In this document: positions 25,566 through 34,800 of the stretch, in pieces
How positions within the stretch are numbered: position 1 is the stretch's first letter
Layout of the letters: every line of letters begins with the position of its first letter
Virus record (IMG/VR): IMGVR_UViG_3300045120_000303
Location: 2,416 to 66,415 of that record
Reading direction: 5' to 3' (one strand)
DNA length: 64,000 nucleotides
From: a virus
The notes under the pieces: model-generated
The model's database searches: none
Seen by the model: the letters and a program-made list of their open reading frames with translations, nothing else
What the model was told of the DNA's origin: nothing
Translations under genes and position numbers: made by a program

Positions 25566-25814
25566 CTACGGCTTCGCCGGCGGCGGGTTCGGTGTCACAC
25601 CGTGCGGGAACGCTTCCATGGGGATCGTCTTGCTGCAGGCTTCAAGCAGCGGCAGCAGGACGCGTTCGCGGGAAGCGTTCTGCGCGGCCAAGAGCCAGAA
25701 CAGCGCGCCGATGAAGCAGATATTCAACAAAAGCATGAGCAGCATCTGCCCCGGCAGCGCCGTGATGATCTTGTTGCTGATGCCAGCAATCATCCCCTGC
25801 TGCTCCTCGGTCAT
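25566..25814 (-). CDS. Single-TM membrane protein, holin/lysis accessory candidate
   Basis: TM helix; directly downstream of lysin. Confidence 0.55.
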   Translation of the reverse strand: MTEEQQGMIAGISNKIITALPGQMLLMLLLNICFIGALFWLLAAQNASRERVLLPLLEACSKTIPMEAFPHGVTPNPPPAKP

Positions 25815-26194
25815 CGAGCCCCCTCCACCGATTCGACGACGAAGTATCGATCACCGTCATCGCACGCGGGGCCGGCGCCGTTCTTGAAGCGGATGATCCG
25901 TTCGTTCACCGGGTGGAGCTTCCACTGATCGATGACACGAAGCCCATCGTCGTCGAGTTGCTCCAGCAGGATAGCTATGTGGGAACTGCCATCGGTTTTG
26001 TTATCGTAGCGCCCCGCATCGTTAAACGTAGCGATTACGGTTCCCGGCGGCAGGTCGGCGCCACGCACCTTGATGCCCTGGCGGAGCTTGCTGGAGTGCG
26101 GCACGCCAGGATCGACAAGCTGCACGAGAGCCATGCAGTGTCCGTTCCCGACAACCTTGCCAAACCAGCGATGAGTGTCCGACGCGACGAACAT
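25811..26194 (-). CDS. BPSL0067-family (NlpC/P60-like Cys-His) peptidoglycan hydrolase, probable endolysin
   Basis: GNGHC.ALVQ...G..V.G.....GT.IATF...G.Y......H.AI......V.DQW. Confidence 0.8.
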   Translation of the reverse strand: MFVASDTHRWFGKVVGNGHCMALVQLVDPGVPHSSKLRQGIKVRGADLPPGTVIATFNDAGRYDNKTDGSSHIAILLEQLDDDGLRVIDQWKLHPVNERIIRFKNGAGPACDDGDRYFVVESVEGAR

Positions 26195-26205
26195 GGGAGG
26201 CCTCC

Positions 26206-26445
26206 ATGGGGGGACGACGACGACGTAAGCGGACGAGTGCCGACGATGCGAGCCTGGAAAGCTGGGCCAGGTCGATCAACGAAATGCCGTGGGAGCCGCT
26301 CCCGGGCATGAACAAGCTGCGCTGCGAGGAGTGCCTGTATTGGTTCGCCACCCCAGGCAAGACCGCGGTCTGCATCGAGTGTTCGCTCCCGAGCCGCCGT
26401 AGGAACAACCTCCGAGAGCCTCACAGTTCCGACGCGACGACGTAG
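26206..26445 (+). CDS. Antisense small Zn-ribbon protein
   Basis: GGGAGG RBS; CEEC...CIEC; fills gap in - strand operon. Confidence 0.45.
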   Translation: MGGRRRRKRTSADDASLESWARSINEMPWEPLPGMNKLRCEECLYWFATPGKTAVCIECSLPSRRRNNLREPHSSDATT

Positions 26446-27491
26446 CTACCGCCAAGCGTAAATCCGCCGGCCGCGACACCGGTGGCTCCAAGCCTTAGCT
26501 CCCGGTTGTTCAGTGCGACCAGCGTCGGCGTGGTCAGATTGGTGGTGGTGGTGGCGTTCAGCGTTATCGTCGGGCTCCCGCGCATCTTCACCGGCAAGGA
26601 AAGCAGGGAGGTCACGAACTGGCCAGCGAGGCAGTAGCCGTTGATGTCGAAATTGCCACTGACGCAGTACCGGTCGCACAGCAGTTGCTCGCCGTGCCGG
26701 TATTCAAATTGCGATGGCGTGTCGCCAGTTTCAAATTGCGGCCGCAAGACGGTTCCGGTGTTGAATTCCACCGTGTGGGCCGTCGCCGCAGCGAGCCCGG
26801 TCACGACCAGCGGGCTGGTGTTGTAAGCGCTCGTATCGATGCGCGCTGTCGCATTGCCTGTCCACGAGAGGACATACGTTCCGCCCTCTATCATCCCCGC
26901 CTCGATGACCTGCTGCAGCGTGCCGGCGGTGATGTTGATCTGTGTCGAGGTGATCCCGGCGGCGAACGTGTACGTGCAGCCGCCCACGCCGGCCTTCCAG
27001 CGGTCGTGCATATACACACCAGCGAGTGCGGCGGTGTTGCTCACATAGGCCCTCTGATTGATCATCAGCGCGCTGTTGACGAGCCGATTGCGGTGACCTG
27101 CCAGTGGGCCCAGGTTCTGCTGCGCGCTGGAGATGTCATAGGCCGCGATCAGGCGTCCGGTTGACGGATCGCGATAGACCATGCGCTCGGCCGGCACCTC
27201 CGGATAAACGTACACCGGGTTGGTCGCGAAGTTGAGCTTTGCCGTGCTGCCAGCCGAGGTCCACAACACGACGTCGCGCGTCAGGCCACCGGTGGTGTAG
27301 GTGCCGTAGCCCCACTCCTGTTTTGTCGTGTCATTCGCGATATAAAAGACCTGGCCACCGGAGGCCCAGTAGCCTGCTGTCACGCCGGCGGACCATGGCA
27401 ACCGCCCGGTCACCGGCGTGCCAAGCACGAAGCTGCCGACGCCTGGTGCTGGCACCAGTTCCAGAATGAAATTGCCGATCTTCTCGGGCAT
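26421..27491 (-). CDS. Tail fibre / receptor-binding protein
   Basis: RNRLVN....INQR...DRW...Q.IE...PQFE.G...S.FE.R..E..LC.RY...P..MR..P. Confidence 0.8.
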   Translation of the reverse strand: MPEKIGNFILELVPAPGVGSFVLGTPVTGRLPWSAGVTAGYWASGGQVFYIANDTTKQEWGYGTYTTGGLTRDVVLWTSAGSTAKLNFATNPVYVYPEVPAERMVYRDPSTGRLIAAYDISSAQQNLGPLAGHRNRLVNSALMINQRAYVSNTAALAGVYMHDRWKAGVGGCTYTFAAGITSTQINITAGTLQQVIEAGMIEGGTYVLSWTGNATARIDTSAYNTSPLVVTGLAAATAHTVEFNTGTVLRPQFETGDTPSQFEYRHGEQLLCDRYCVSGNFDINGYCLAGQFVTSLLSLPVKMRGSPTITLNATTTTNLTTPTLVALNNRELRLGATGVAAGGFTLGGSYVVASEL

Positions 27492-27494
27492 AGG

Positions 27495-28271
27495 TCAGAT
27501 CCTCTCAGTGAGCTGACCGGCCCACGATCTACGGTCGGAAGTGCCCAATGGGTATTTGATGTCGGAGGTTTGCTTGAGCCGGCCGAACGTCGCCTCGTTT
27601 TGCATCTGGCCCGAGGTGATATCGGGAACGACAAGGATGTTCCCACCGAGCGCTGCCGTTCGCATCATCGCATCGAGCGAGGGCCACAGCTCCGTTGCGG
27701 AGCGCACGCCTTGCATATCCAGATCCCACCGTCGCCGCTGATACCGATAGAGCGGATACTCCTGCCCGCCCTTCGAGATCATCTCGTCGACCGCCACGTC
27801 ACGGCCGAATGACGTCGCGAGGGAGAGCGCCGACAACGGGCTCCATGCAGGACCAGCGAACGCCAGCGCGATATTGAGAAACCCGCTGGGGTTGCCGGCA
27901 TCGTTGATGCCAAAGGTGGCGTAGTCACCCACGACCCCGCCGGTATCGATGATGACCTGGCCGCTGCCATTCACTGGTCCAAAAGAGGATCCCGCCCAAA
28001 CCAGAGACGATGGGCTCGTGTATACGTTGAAATACACCACAGCCGCGGATGTCAGATTGGTGCGGAACAGCCCGAGCAGACGAAACGTCTGACGTGTGAG
28101 CGTCGGCGTGACTGTCAGCACGATGCCGGTTCTGGTCGTGGTCTGCCAGCCATCGGCCGCGGCGCCGGAATCGTTCTGCAGGTTCGTGACCGGGAAGTTT
28201 GTCGCGGCATTGTTTGCCGACACCGCGCCGGTCTTCACAAAGTTTGTGTAGCCGATGAGTGTGTTGCTCAT
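27495..28271 (-). CDS. Minor tail protein
   Basis: Position; beta-rich. Confidence 0.7.
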   Translation of the reverse strand: MSNTLIGYTNFVKTGAVSANNAATNFPVTNLQNDSGAAADGWQTTTRTGIVLTVTPTLTRQTFRLLGLFRTNLTSAAVVYFNVYTSPSSLVWAGSSFGPVNGSGQVIIDTGGVVGDYATFGINDAGNPSGFLNIALAFAGPAWSPLSALSLATSFGRDVAVDEMISKGGQEYPLYRYQRRRWDLDMQGVRSATELWPSLDAMMRTAALGGNILVVPDITSGQMQNEATFGRLKQTSDIKYPLGTSDRRSWAGQLTERI

Positions 28272-31200
28272 ACCAAGATCCTAAGCGTGATCGAGGCATC
28301 CTCGGAGCGATAACTGTAGCCTACGACCTGGCCGTTCTTAGTGCCGGTTAGATCACCGATGTCGGTAGTGATCGCCACGACGTCGCCATACTCCAGAGGG
28401 ATGCCCACGAGGAACGGCACCACGATGGCGTAAGCCCTGCGCCGCACGCCCCACAGTGCGATGTACTGGTTTGCGGATTGGCTCGCCGCTGCCGCTGCCA
28501 GGAGTGAGGGCTTGTTGTCGACGATGGACCCGGTGATGACCGGCGGATCATTCGGGCGGATGATGGCATTCACCAGGTTCGGGCTGTTCGCCTGCGAAAC
28601 ACTGTTGGGCGTCGCCAGGTACTGCTTCCTGGCTGTGGTGATGAGCGGTGACAGATCGCTCGTCTGCGAGGTGTAGTTGTCATTGTAACCGACCCGCATT
28701 CTATAAGGCTGCGGCACCAGAGTGGTCGGTAGATCGATTGGCGTGATCGAGATGATGGTGCGGCTATCCAGCTTGGCCTTGATGGTTGGCGAGGCGGGGA
28801 GCGCGGCGATCACATAGGCGCGCAGCATTCCATCGCGACACGCCACGAGCTTCATCCCGGGCGGCGCCAGAATCCGGGTCATCAGATCGACGCCGCTGAT
28901 GTTGTCCTGTGGGCCGAGGTAGATGGCACAACCGTTGTTGCGCGCCGCCGTGGCACCGATCGAGGACAGCACGCCGCCAGTCAGTGCCACGAGGTTCGGA
29001 GGGACGCCGCACAGCGTCGTCAGGGCGTAGGCAGCGACTGCCCGGGAGGTTGCGTCCACCCCGATCGAGGCGCCGTTCACGTCGCATGTGATGGCTCGCG
29101 TTGGGGTGCTGCCCAATTGGAAGCATCCCTTGGCAACACAGGTTCGATACTGACCGCTGGGAGTCGAGCCGGTGTAGAGATCGGCCACGTCCCCGGCGAA
29201 TGTGATGCCACCCGCATAGCCGCCTTCGTAGAGCGCGGCGATCTGTCCGATCGGGCCATCGTTAAGCTGGTAGATCAGCGCCGGCGGATCGACCAGCACA
29301 GGCGTTGCGTTGTTCGCCGGCCCGAACCAGTTGCCGGCCGCGGACTTCGTCCCGCCGAACATGAGGGGCTTCAGCGTGCCCGTCAGCTCGGTCGTCCCGT
29401 CGAGCTGTCCGTTGCCGCCGTAGGTCGAGCGCAGCAGGGGACGCTCCAACCAGTACGACGCGTCGCGCAGGGGGATCGTCACCTGGGTGTCGTCGGAGGT
29501 GATGCTGCCGGCCACGCCGTTGAATGCCGGCACCAGGCTCGCGTACGGCGGATCGATCAGGATGTTTCTCGCGGTGTAGAGATAGTCACCCGGGCGAACT
29601 GCGGGCGTGGTCGCCGGCGGGATGAAGGAGGTCACCGCTCCGGTATCGACCTCCATCTGCCAGGCGGAGGTATAGATCACGTCGCCGGCGACCTGCGGGG
29701 ACATGCGGAGGACGATGGAAGCTGCAGTCGATCCCGCAGCGAGCGTCGCGGTGCAGGTCACGCGCTGCCACTGATCGAGCAGCGTCAGGACGGTGTTGCT
29801 GTAGACCGCGCCGGTGATACCCGTTCCTTCGATACGAAGGTGGGCCAAGGTCTTCCCCGCCGCGAACGACGACGGGATCCAAACCCACGCCGATGCACGA
29901 ATGGTGACGAGGGCCGAGGGCATCCCGGCCACGCCGATCGTGCCAGAGGCGCTGTCCGTCCCGGTGGCGGTGCGGAGATGCTTCCAGACCGGAACCCCGG
30001 CGTAGATCGCCGGCACGTCAGTGGATACCGCAACCGTCACGTTTGCCACGCTAGGAGTCTGCGTGGAGAGGACGTAGTTGGTCGCGTCGGGCTCGTTCAT
30101 CGTCACCGGCGTTCCGGTCACGCTGTAGGTTTCCCGCCTTCCGGCCGGGGCAGAGGTCGTGGGGATGAACGCGGTCACCAGCCCGCCGCCCTCAAGCTGC
30201 GGCGCCATGAGCCGGATGGTGACGTCGATCGCGACGCCGCTGGCATAGGTGACCCACAGCGACGGCGAGATAGAGCGCGTGGTCGCCTGGTTGGTGGTGA
30301 TTGGAACAACGCGGCGAGCGCGGCTGATGCCGTTGAGCGACAATGCCGATGCGGTGTCCGCCTTGAACGCCAGGAATGCGCCGGCGCTGTCTGTCTCCTG
30401 CACGCCGAGCGCGAAGGTGATGCCGGCCTGTGAGCCTGCGACAAACTGAGCGTAGACGCTCTGGCACCAAGCCTGCCCGGTGAGCGCATCGATCGCGCTG
30501 GCGAAGTGGATGTTGGTCAGCGTGCTGCCGCTGGTACCGGAGAACCGCAGGTCGATGTATTTCTGGCCGGTCACCGCATCGGTGCCGACAGCCACGACCT
30601 GCTGTGAAATGTTGGTGCCGAGGTTAACGCTCCACCCCGTCGGGAGTGTCCCGGGTGTGCCAGCAACCGCTCCGGTCATCGTCGAGTTCGGAATGTAGTT
30701 CACGGCTCCGTCGCCGTGCGTGACCTCGGCCGCGGCGGTGGTCGGGATGAACGGCGTCATCACCGCGCCGAATTCGACCTGCGGCGCCGCAACGTCGATG
30801 GTGAAATCGATCGTCGCGCCGACTGCCCAGTAGAACACGATCGCCGCGTTGGCGGTGGTGAATGGCACGGGGCCAGTCGCAGGCAGCGTCACGACGCGCG
30901 AGAACCGCGTCAGGGTCGTCGTGATCGAGGGCAGGAAGTTTGGCTGCGGTGTGCCGAAGCCGACCGCGGTCGCATCGGTGACCGCGAGCCAGTGGACGAT
31001 CTGCGTGACGTTGGTGAAGGCGCCGCCCGACCGCGAGACATGGACCGACTGCGTGACCGACTGGTTGAGCTGCAGGCCTTGTACGCCGCCCTGCGTGCCG
31101 TAGTAGAGGACGCCAGTGGTCGCTGTCGTTATGCCGTGGAACCGCAGCCGCACGACTGTGGGGACGCCGCCGATGGCGCTGGTCCGATAGGCCGAAAACT

Positions 31201-31831
31201 CGATTGCCAGCCCGCCGGCCGAGGCGCTCCACCCGGCCGGAAGCACCCCGCCGGAACCGACCGTGCCGCCCACCCCGCCGACCGCGTTCGCGTTCCGCAC
31301 AGTGTTTGTCGCGGTCGGATCGAGCGTGACGACTGACGCGTAGTCCTGGCGCACTTCCATCGGATCCGCGAGCTGAACCACCTTGTTCGCATCGACGTAG
31401 GTGGCAGGGACGCTGCAGGCGCTCGCGACGCCGTCGAACACCTCGTGCGTCTTCTGGCCGTAGAGAATGTGGGTGTCTCTTCCGTCAGCAACCCACCCGC
31501 CGGTGACGATCGAATCGTAGGTGCCGTCAGCGTTGGCGAGCTGTATCGCGCCCCAGGATGCGCCCACCGCGGAGGCTGTCGGATCGAGGTTCACCATGGC
31601 GTCGATGGCGAACGCCTCCTGCACCCGCGGCGGATAGGGGATAGGTCCATCCGGGTCGGTGGGCAGCGAGCAGTAGCCAGAGTCGGAGGCGCGGATGACG
31701 CTGTCGTTGTAGACCGTCTCCTGCAGCGACAGCGCGGCGTGCGGGCGCGTGGCATGCCCGAGGTCGTACGTCAGACCGGTATCGCCAGGTCGCCGGATAG
31801 CCTGCTCGATGGCGAAGAAGGTGTTCGTCAC
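28268..31831 (-). CDS. Tail tip/hub protein with inserted carbohydrate-binding-like repeats
   Basis: Follows tape measure; three Q.E.G...T.FIP repeats. Confidence 0.75.
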   Translation of the reverse strand: MTNTFFAIEQAIRRPGDTGLTYDLGHATRPHAALSLQETVYNDSVIRASDSGYCSLPTDPDGPIPYPPRVQEAFAIDAMVNLDPTASAVGASWGAIQLANADGTYDSIVTGGWVADGRDTHILYGQKTHEVFDGVASACSVPATYVDANKVVQLADPMEVRQDYASVVTLDPTATNTVRNANAVGGVGGTVGSGGVLPAGWSASAGGLAIEFSAYRTSAIGGVPTVVRLRFHGITTATTGVLYYGTQGGVQGLQLNQSVTQSVHVSRSGGAFTNVTQIVHWLAVTDATAVGFGTPQPNFLPSITTTLTRFSRVVTLPATGPVPFTTANAAIVFYWAVGATIDFTIDVAAPQVEFGAVMTPFIPTTAAAEVTHGDGAVNYIPNSTMTGAVAGTPGTLPTGWSVNLGTNISQQVVAVGTDAVTGQKYIDLRFSGTSGSTLTNIHFASAIDALTGQAWCQSVYAQFVAGSQAGITFALGVQETDSAGAFLAFKADTASALSLNGISRARRVVPITTNQATTRSISPSLWVTYASGVAIDVTIRLMAPQLEGGGLVTAFIPTTSAPAGRRETYSVTGTPVTMNEPDATNYVLSTQTPSVANVTVAVSTDVPAIYAGVPVWKHLRTATGTDSASGTIGVAGMPSALVTIRASAWVWIPSSFAAGKTLAHLRIEGTGITGAVYSNTVLTLLDQWQRVTCTATLAAGSTAASIVLRMSPQVAGDVIYTSAWQMEVDTGAVTSFIPPATTPAVRPGDYLYTARNILIDPPYASLVPAFNGVAGSITSDDTQVTIPLRDASYWLERPLLRSTYGGNGQLDGTTELTGTLKPLMFGGTKSAAGNWFGPANNATPVLVDPPALIYQLNDGPIGQIAALYEGGYAGGITFAGDVADLYTGSTPSGQYRTCVAKGCFQLGSTPTRAITCDVNGASIGVDATSRAVAAYALTTLCGVPPNLVALTGGVLSSIGATAARNNGCAIYLGPQDNISGVDLMTRILAPPGMKLVACRDGMLRAYVIAALPASPTIKAKLDSRTIISITPIDLPTTLVPQPYRMRVGYNDNYTSQTSDLSPLITTARKQYLATPNSVSQANSPNLVNAIIRPNDPPVITGSIVDNKPSLLAAAAASQSANQYIALWGVRRRAYAIVVPFLVGIPLEYGDVVAITTDIGDLTGTKNGQVVGYSYRSEDASITLRILV

Positions 31832-34800
31832 GTCGCGGCCACCCGGGCTGGCGCGGACTGACCTTGGGCGACCTGCAACCGCAGTTGCTTCACCTCCTCC
31901 TTCAGTGCCGTGAGTTGCTCGACGAGGATCTGCGTTTGGTTGCGCGTCTCGTTCTGCAGTATCGACGCGGTGAGGGCATCCGGCGTTTGCGCCGCCACCG
32001 ACGCGAGTGCGGTGATGACCCGGCCGAAGGCCTGCACATAGTCCATGCCCGAGCCGTAGACGTTGTGAGCGGCGGACAGGTACGCCTCGCTGTAGGACTG
32101 CAGCGTCTGCACCGCCCCGTAATTGCCCTTCGCCGCGAGATCGGCCTGCGTGTCGAACTGCCGCTTCGTGAGCGACAGTTGGGCCTGCGGCGAGAGTGGA
32201 GACTTGTCGGAGGTTTGCAGCCCGAGGGCATACTGATTGAGCGAGGAGATCGACTGCGTTGCTTGCGATTTCAGTTGATCGTCCTGCTGCTTCTGCAGCG
32301 CGAGGCGTTCTTCGCCTTGTGCTTTCTGCAGCGCGGAGAGCTTGTCCGCGTACTCTTTTGTCAACGCGTAGCTGTCGCCATAGGTCGCAGTCAGGCTCAG
32401 ATAGAGAGACCGGCGCTCTGCCAGGGCTTGAGCATCGAAGGCCGCGAGCGCTGCGGCCTGCTGCGCTTTCGCGCTACCGCTGACCTGTGCTGCGGCTGTC
32501 TGGTAGCGGGTCGCGAAGGACGCGTTCTGCTGTTGGCTGGCATACGAATTCTCGAGATTGGTGCGCGCGATCTGCTTGTTTAACAGATCAACCTCGGCCT
32601 TCTGAGCAAGCACGAGGAGATTCATCAGTTGCTGATATTCCGCACTGGTGGCGGGATGCCCCGCAGCGACCAGGGATTGGCTCAAGTTCGCCGCCTCGCC
32701 TCGCTGCGTGTAAGTAAGCGCAAGTCTCTGGGAACTCTGCCGCTCTGCGAGAGTACCGGCGAGATCCCCGAGGTCTTTCACATAGCGGCCGTACAACGCA
32801 ATATTCTGGTTTGCGATTTGCTCCTGGGCTTGCCTTATCTGATCCGCTTGCTGCTTCTCCAAGGCGAGACGTTCTTCACCTTGCGCCTTGGCGAGCGCAT
32901 TGACCTTGTCGCCGTACTCCTTGCTGGTCGTGTAGGCATCGCCGTAGGTCTGCTGCAGCGTGAGCTTGAGCGTGTCCATCTCGGTTTGTGCCTGTGCATC
33001 GAGCCCCGAGAGTTGCGCTTTATGAGTATCCGCCAGAGTGCCAGTAACAGTCCCGTAGGCGGTCAGGTAGCGCGTAGAGAAGCCAGCATCCTGCGCCGTG
33101 CTGGAGATGGCGGTTTGGCGATTGGCGAGTGTGATTTGCCGCTCAAGCGCAGCGCTTTCCGCAGCCTGCGCCTGCTTCTGCAGATCGATTTGGTATTTGT
33201 ACCAATAGTCGCCTGGATTGTACCCTAACGCGACGAGCGACGGCCCAAGTTGCCGCGCCTCCGTCTGCTGCTGCCGCGCGAGTGCGTTGCGTTGCGCCTG
33301 CTGCGTGTATGCAATTGAGCCGCCGCCCGACAACCCAGAAGCGGCTTCCGCGCGGTTGAAGAAGCCGTAAGCCTGCGACCAGTAATTGATACTGAGTTGC
33401 TCGCTTTGACGGGCTTGGTCCTTGGCGAGCGCCGCGGTTTCCTTGGTCTGTGTATCGACCAGAGCGGCGACCTTGACCCAATACTCTTGCGTATTCTGAT
33501 AGGCATCACCGTAGGTTTGCCGAAGACCGAGCTTGAAGTCGTCCATCTCGGAGGCTTGCTGGTTCTGCAGCGCGTAGCTCGCCGCCCACTGGGCCGAAAA
33601 GGGATTGCCGGTCCCCGCCGCGTCTGCGTTCACCTGACGCACAGAGAGCCCGCGCCACATCTGCATGTTTGCATTCGCGATTTGAGTCTGCCGCTGGGCG
33701 AGTTGTTGCTGGAGGACGAGGGTTTCCTCGTTTTGGGCTTTCTGCAGCGCCGCCATCTTGTTCGCGTAGTCGACCGTGCTTGCGTAGGCATCACCGTAGA
33801 TCTGCGTGAGGCTCAGATAGAGGTTCTGCTGTTCCGTAGCGTTCTGCACGTTTTTCGCGGCCATTGCTGCGCCAGAGTCGGTCGGCCAGTAGAGCGCATT
33901 CTCAGCGTTCCACTGCCGCGTGCTGAAGCCCCAGTCCTGTTGCTGACTGCTGATCGCAACCTCAAGGTTCGACCGCTGAATCTGCTTCGCCAGCAGGTTC
34001 ATCTCATTCGACTGCGACTGCTGCAGAAGCGACAGCTTGCTCCAATAGTTCGCGTCCGCACCTTGAGCGTATTGATCACCAAACTGCTGCTGCTCGGCCT
34101 GATTGTACTGCGTCGTCTCAGTGAACTGCGAGCGGTTCAACGCATTAATCTGCTCGTACTGGATCCACCCGCGATCTCCGCTCAACGCCGCAGCGCTCGT
34201 GCCAGCCCGCGACTGCAACGAGAGGAGCTGCAGGTTGCTGGCAATCATCAGATCGTATTGTTTCTTGTTGTACTGCACGAGGATCGCCAGCCGTTCCTCG
34301 GCGCTTGCCTGGTCTACTTGCGCCATACGATCGGCGTAGCCCTGCGTCGTCTCGTAGGCGTCGCCCCATATGGATTTGAGGTTGTCGGAGATCTGCTGAC
34401 GCTGTTGCTTGGCCTGGACGTCGAACGAATATAGCTGTGCCTGCACCGCGTCCTGGGCAGTCCCGGTAACTGCCGCACGAGCGTTGTAGAACCGGGACAT
34501 CACGTTTTCCGCCATTTGGTCGGTGGCGTCAGTCGCCTGCTTGGTGTTCTTGGCCATGAGGCGGTCTGCCGCAGCCTGCAGATCGCCTTCCCCAAACCCG
34601 AATTTCCGCGCCTCGGCGAGGGCAGGACCATATTGAGCAACAACCTGCTCCTGCGCTGTTTGCAGAGAACCGACGTTGCCCTTCACCAGTGTCGGGTAGG
34701 TCGCAGTTATGAATGTCGAGGCTTCCTGCAATCTGTCATGCACCTCGGTGTTCGCCGCACCTGACAGAGCCCGCAACGCGATGCCCGTGGTGTCGGTTTC

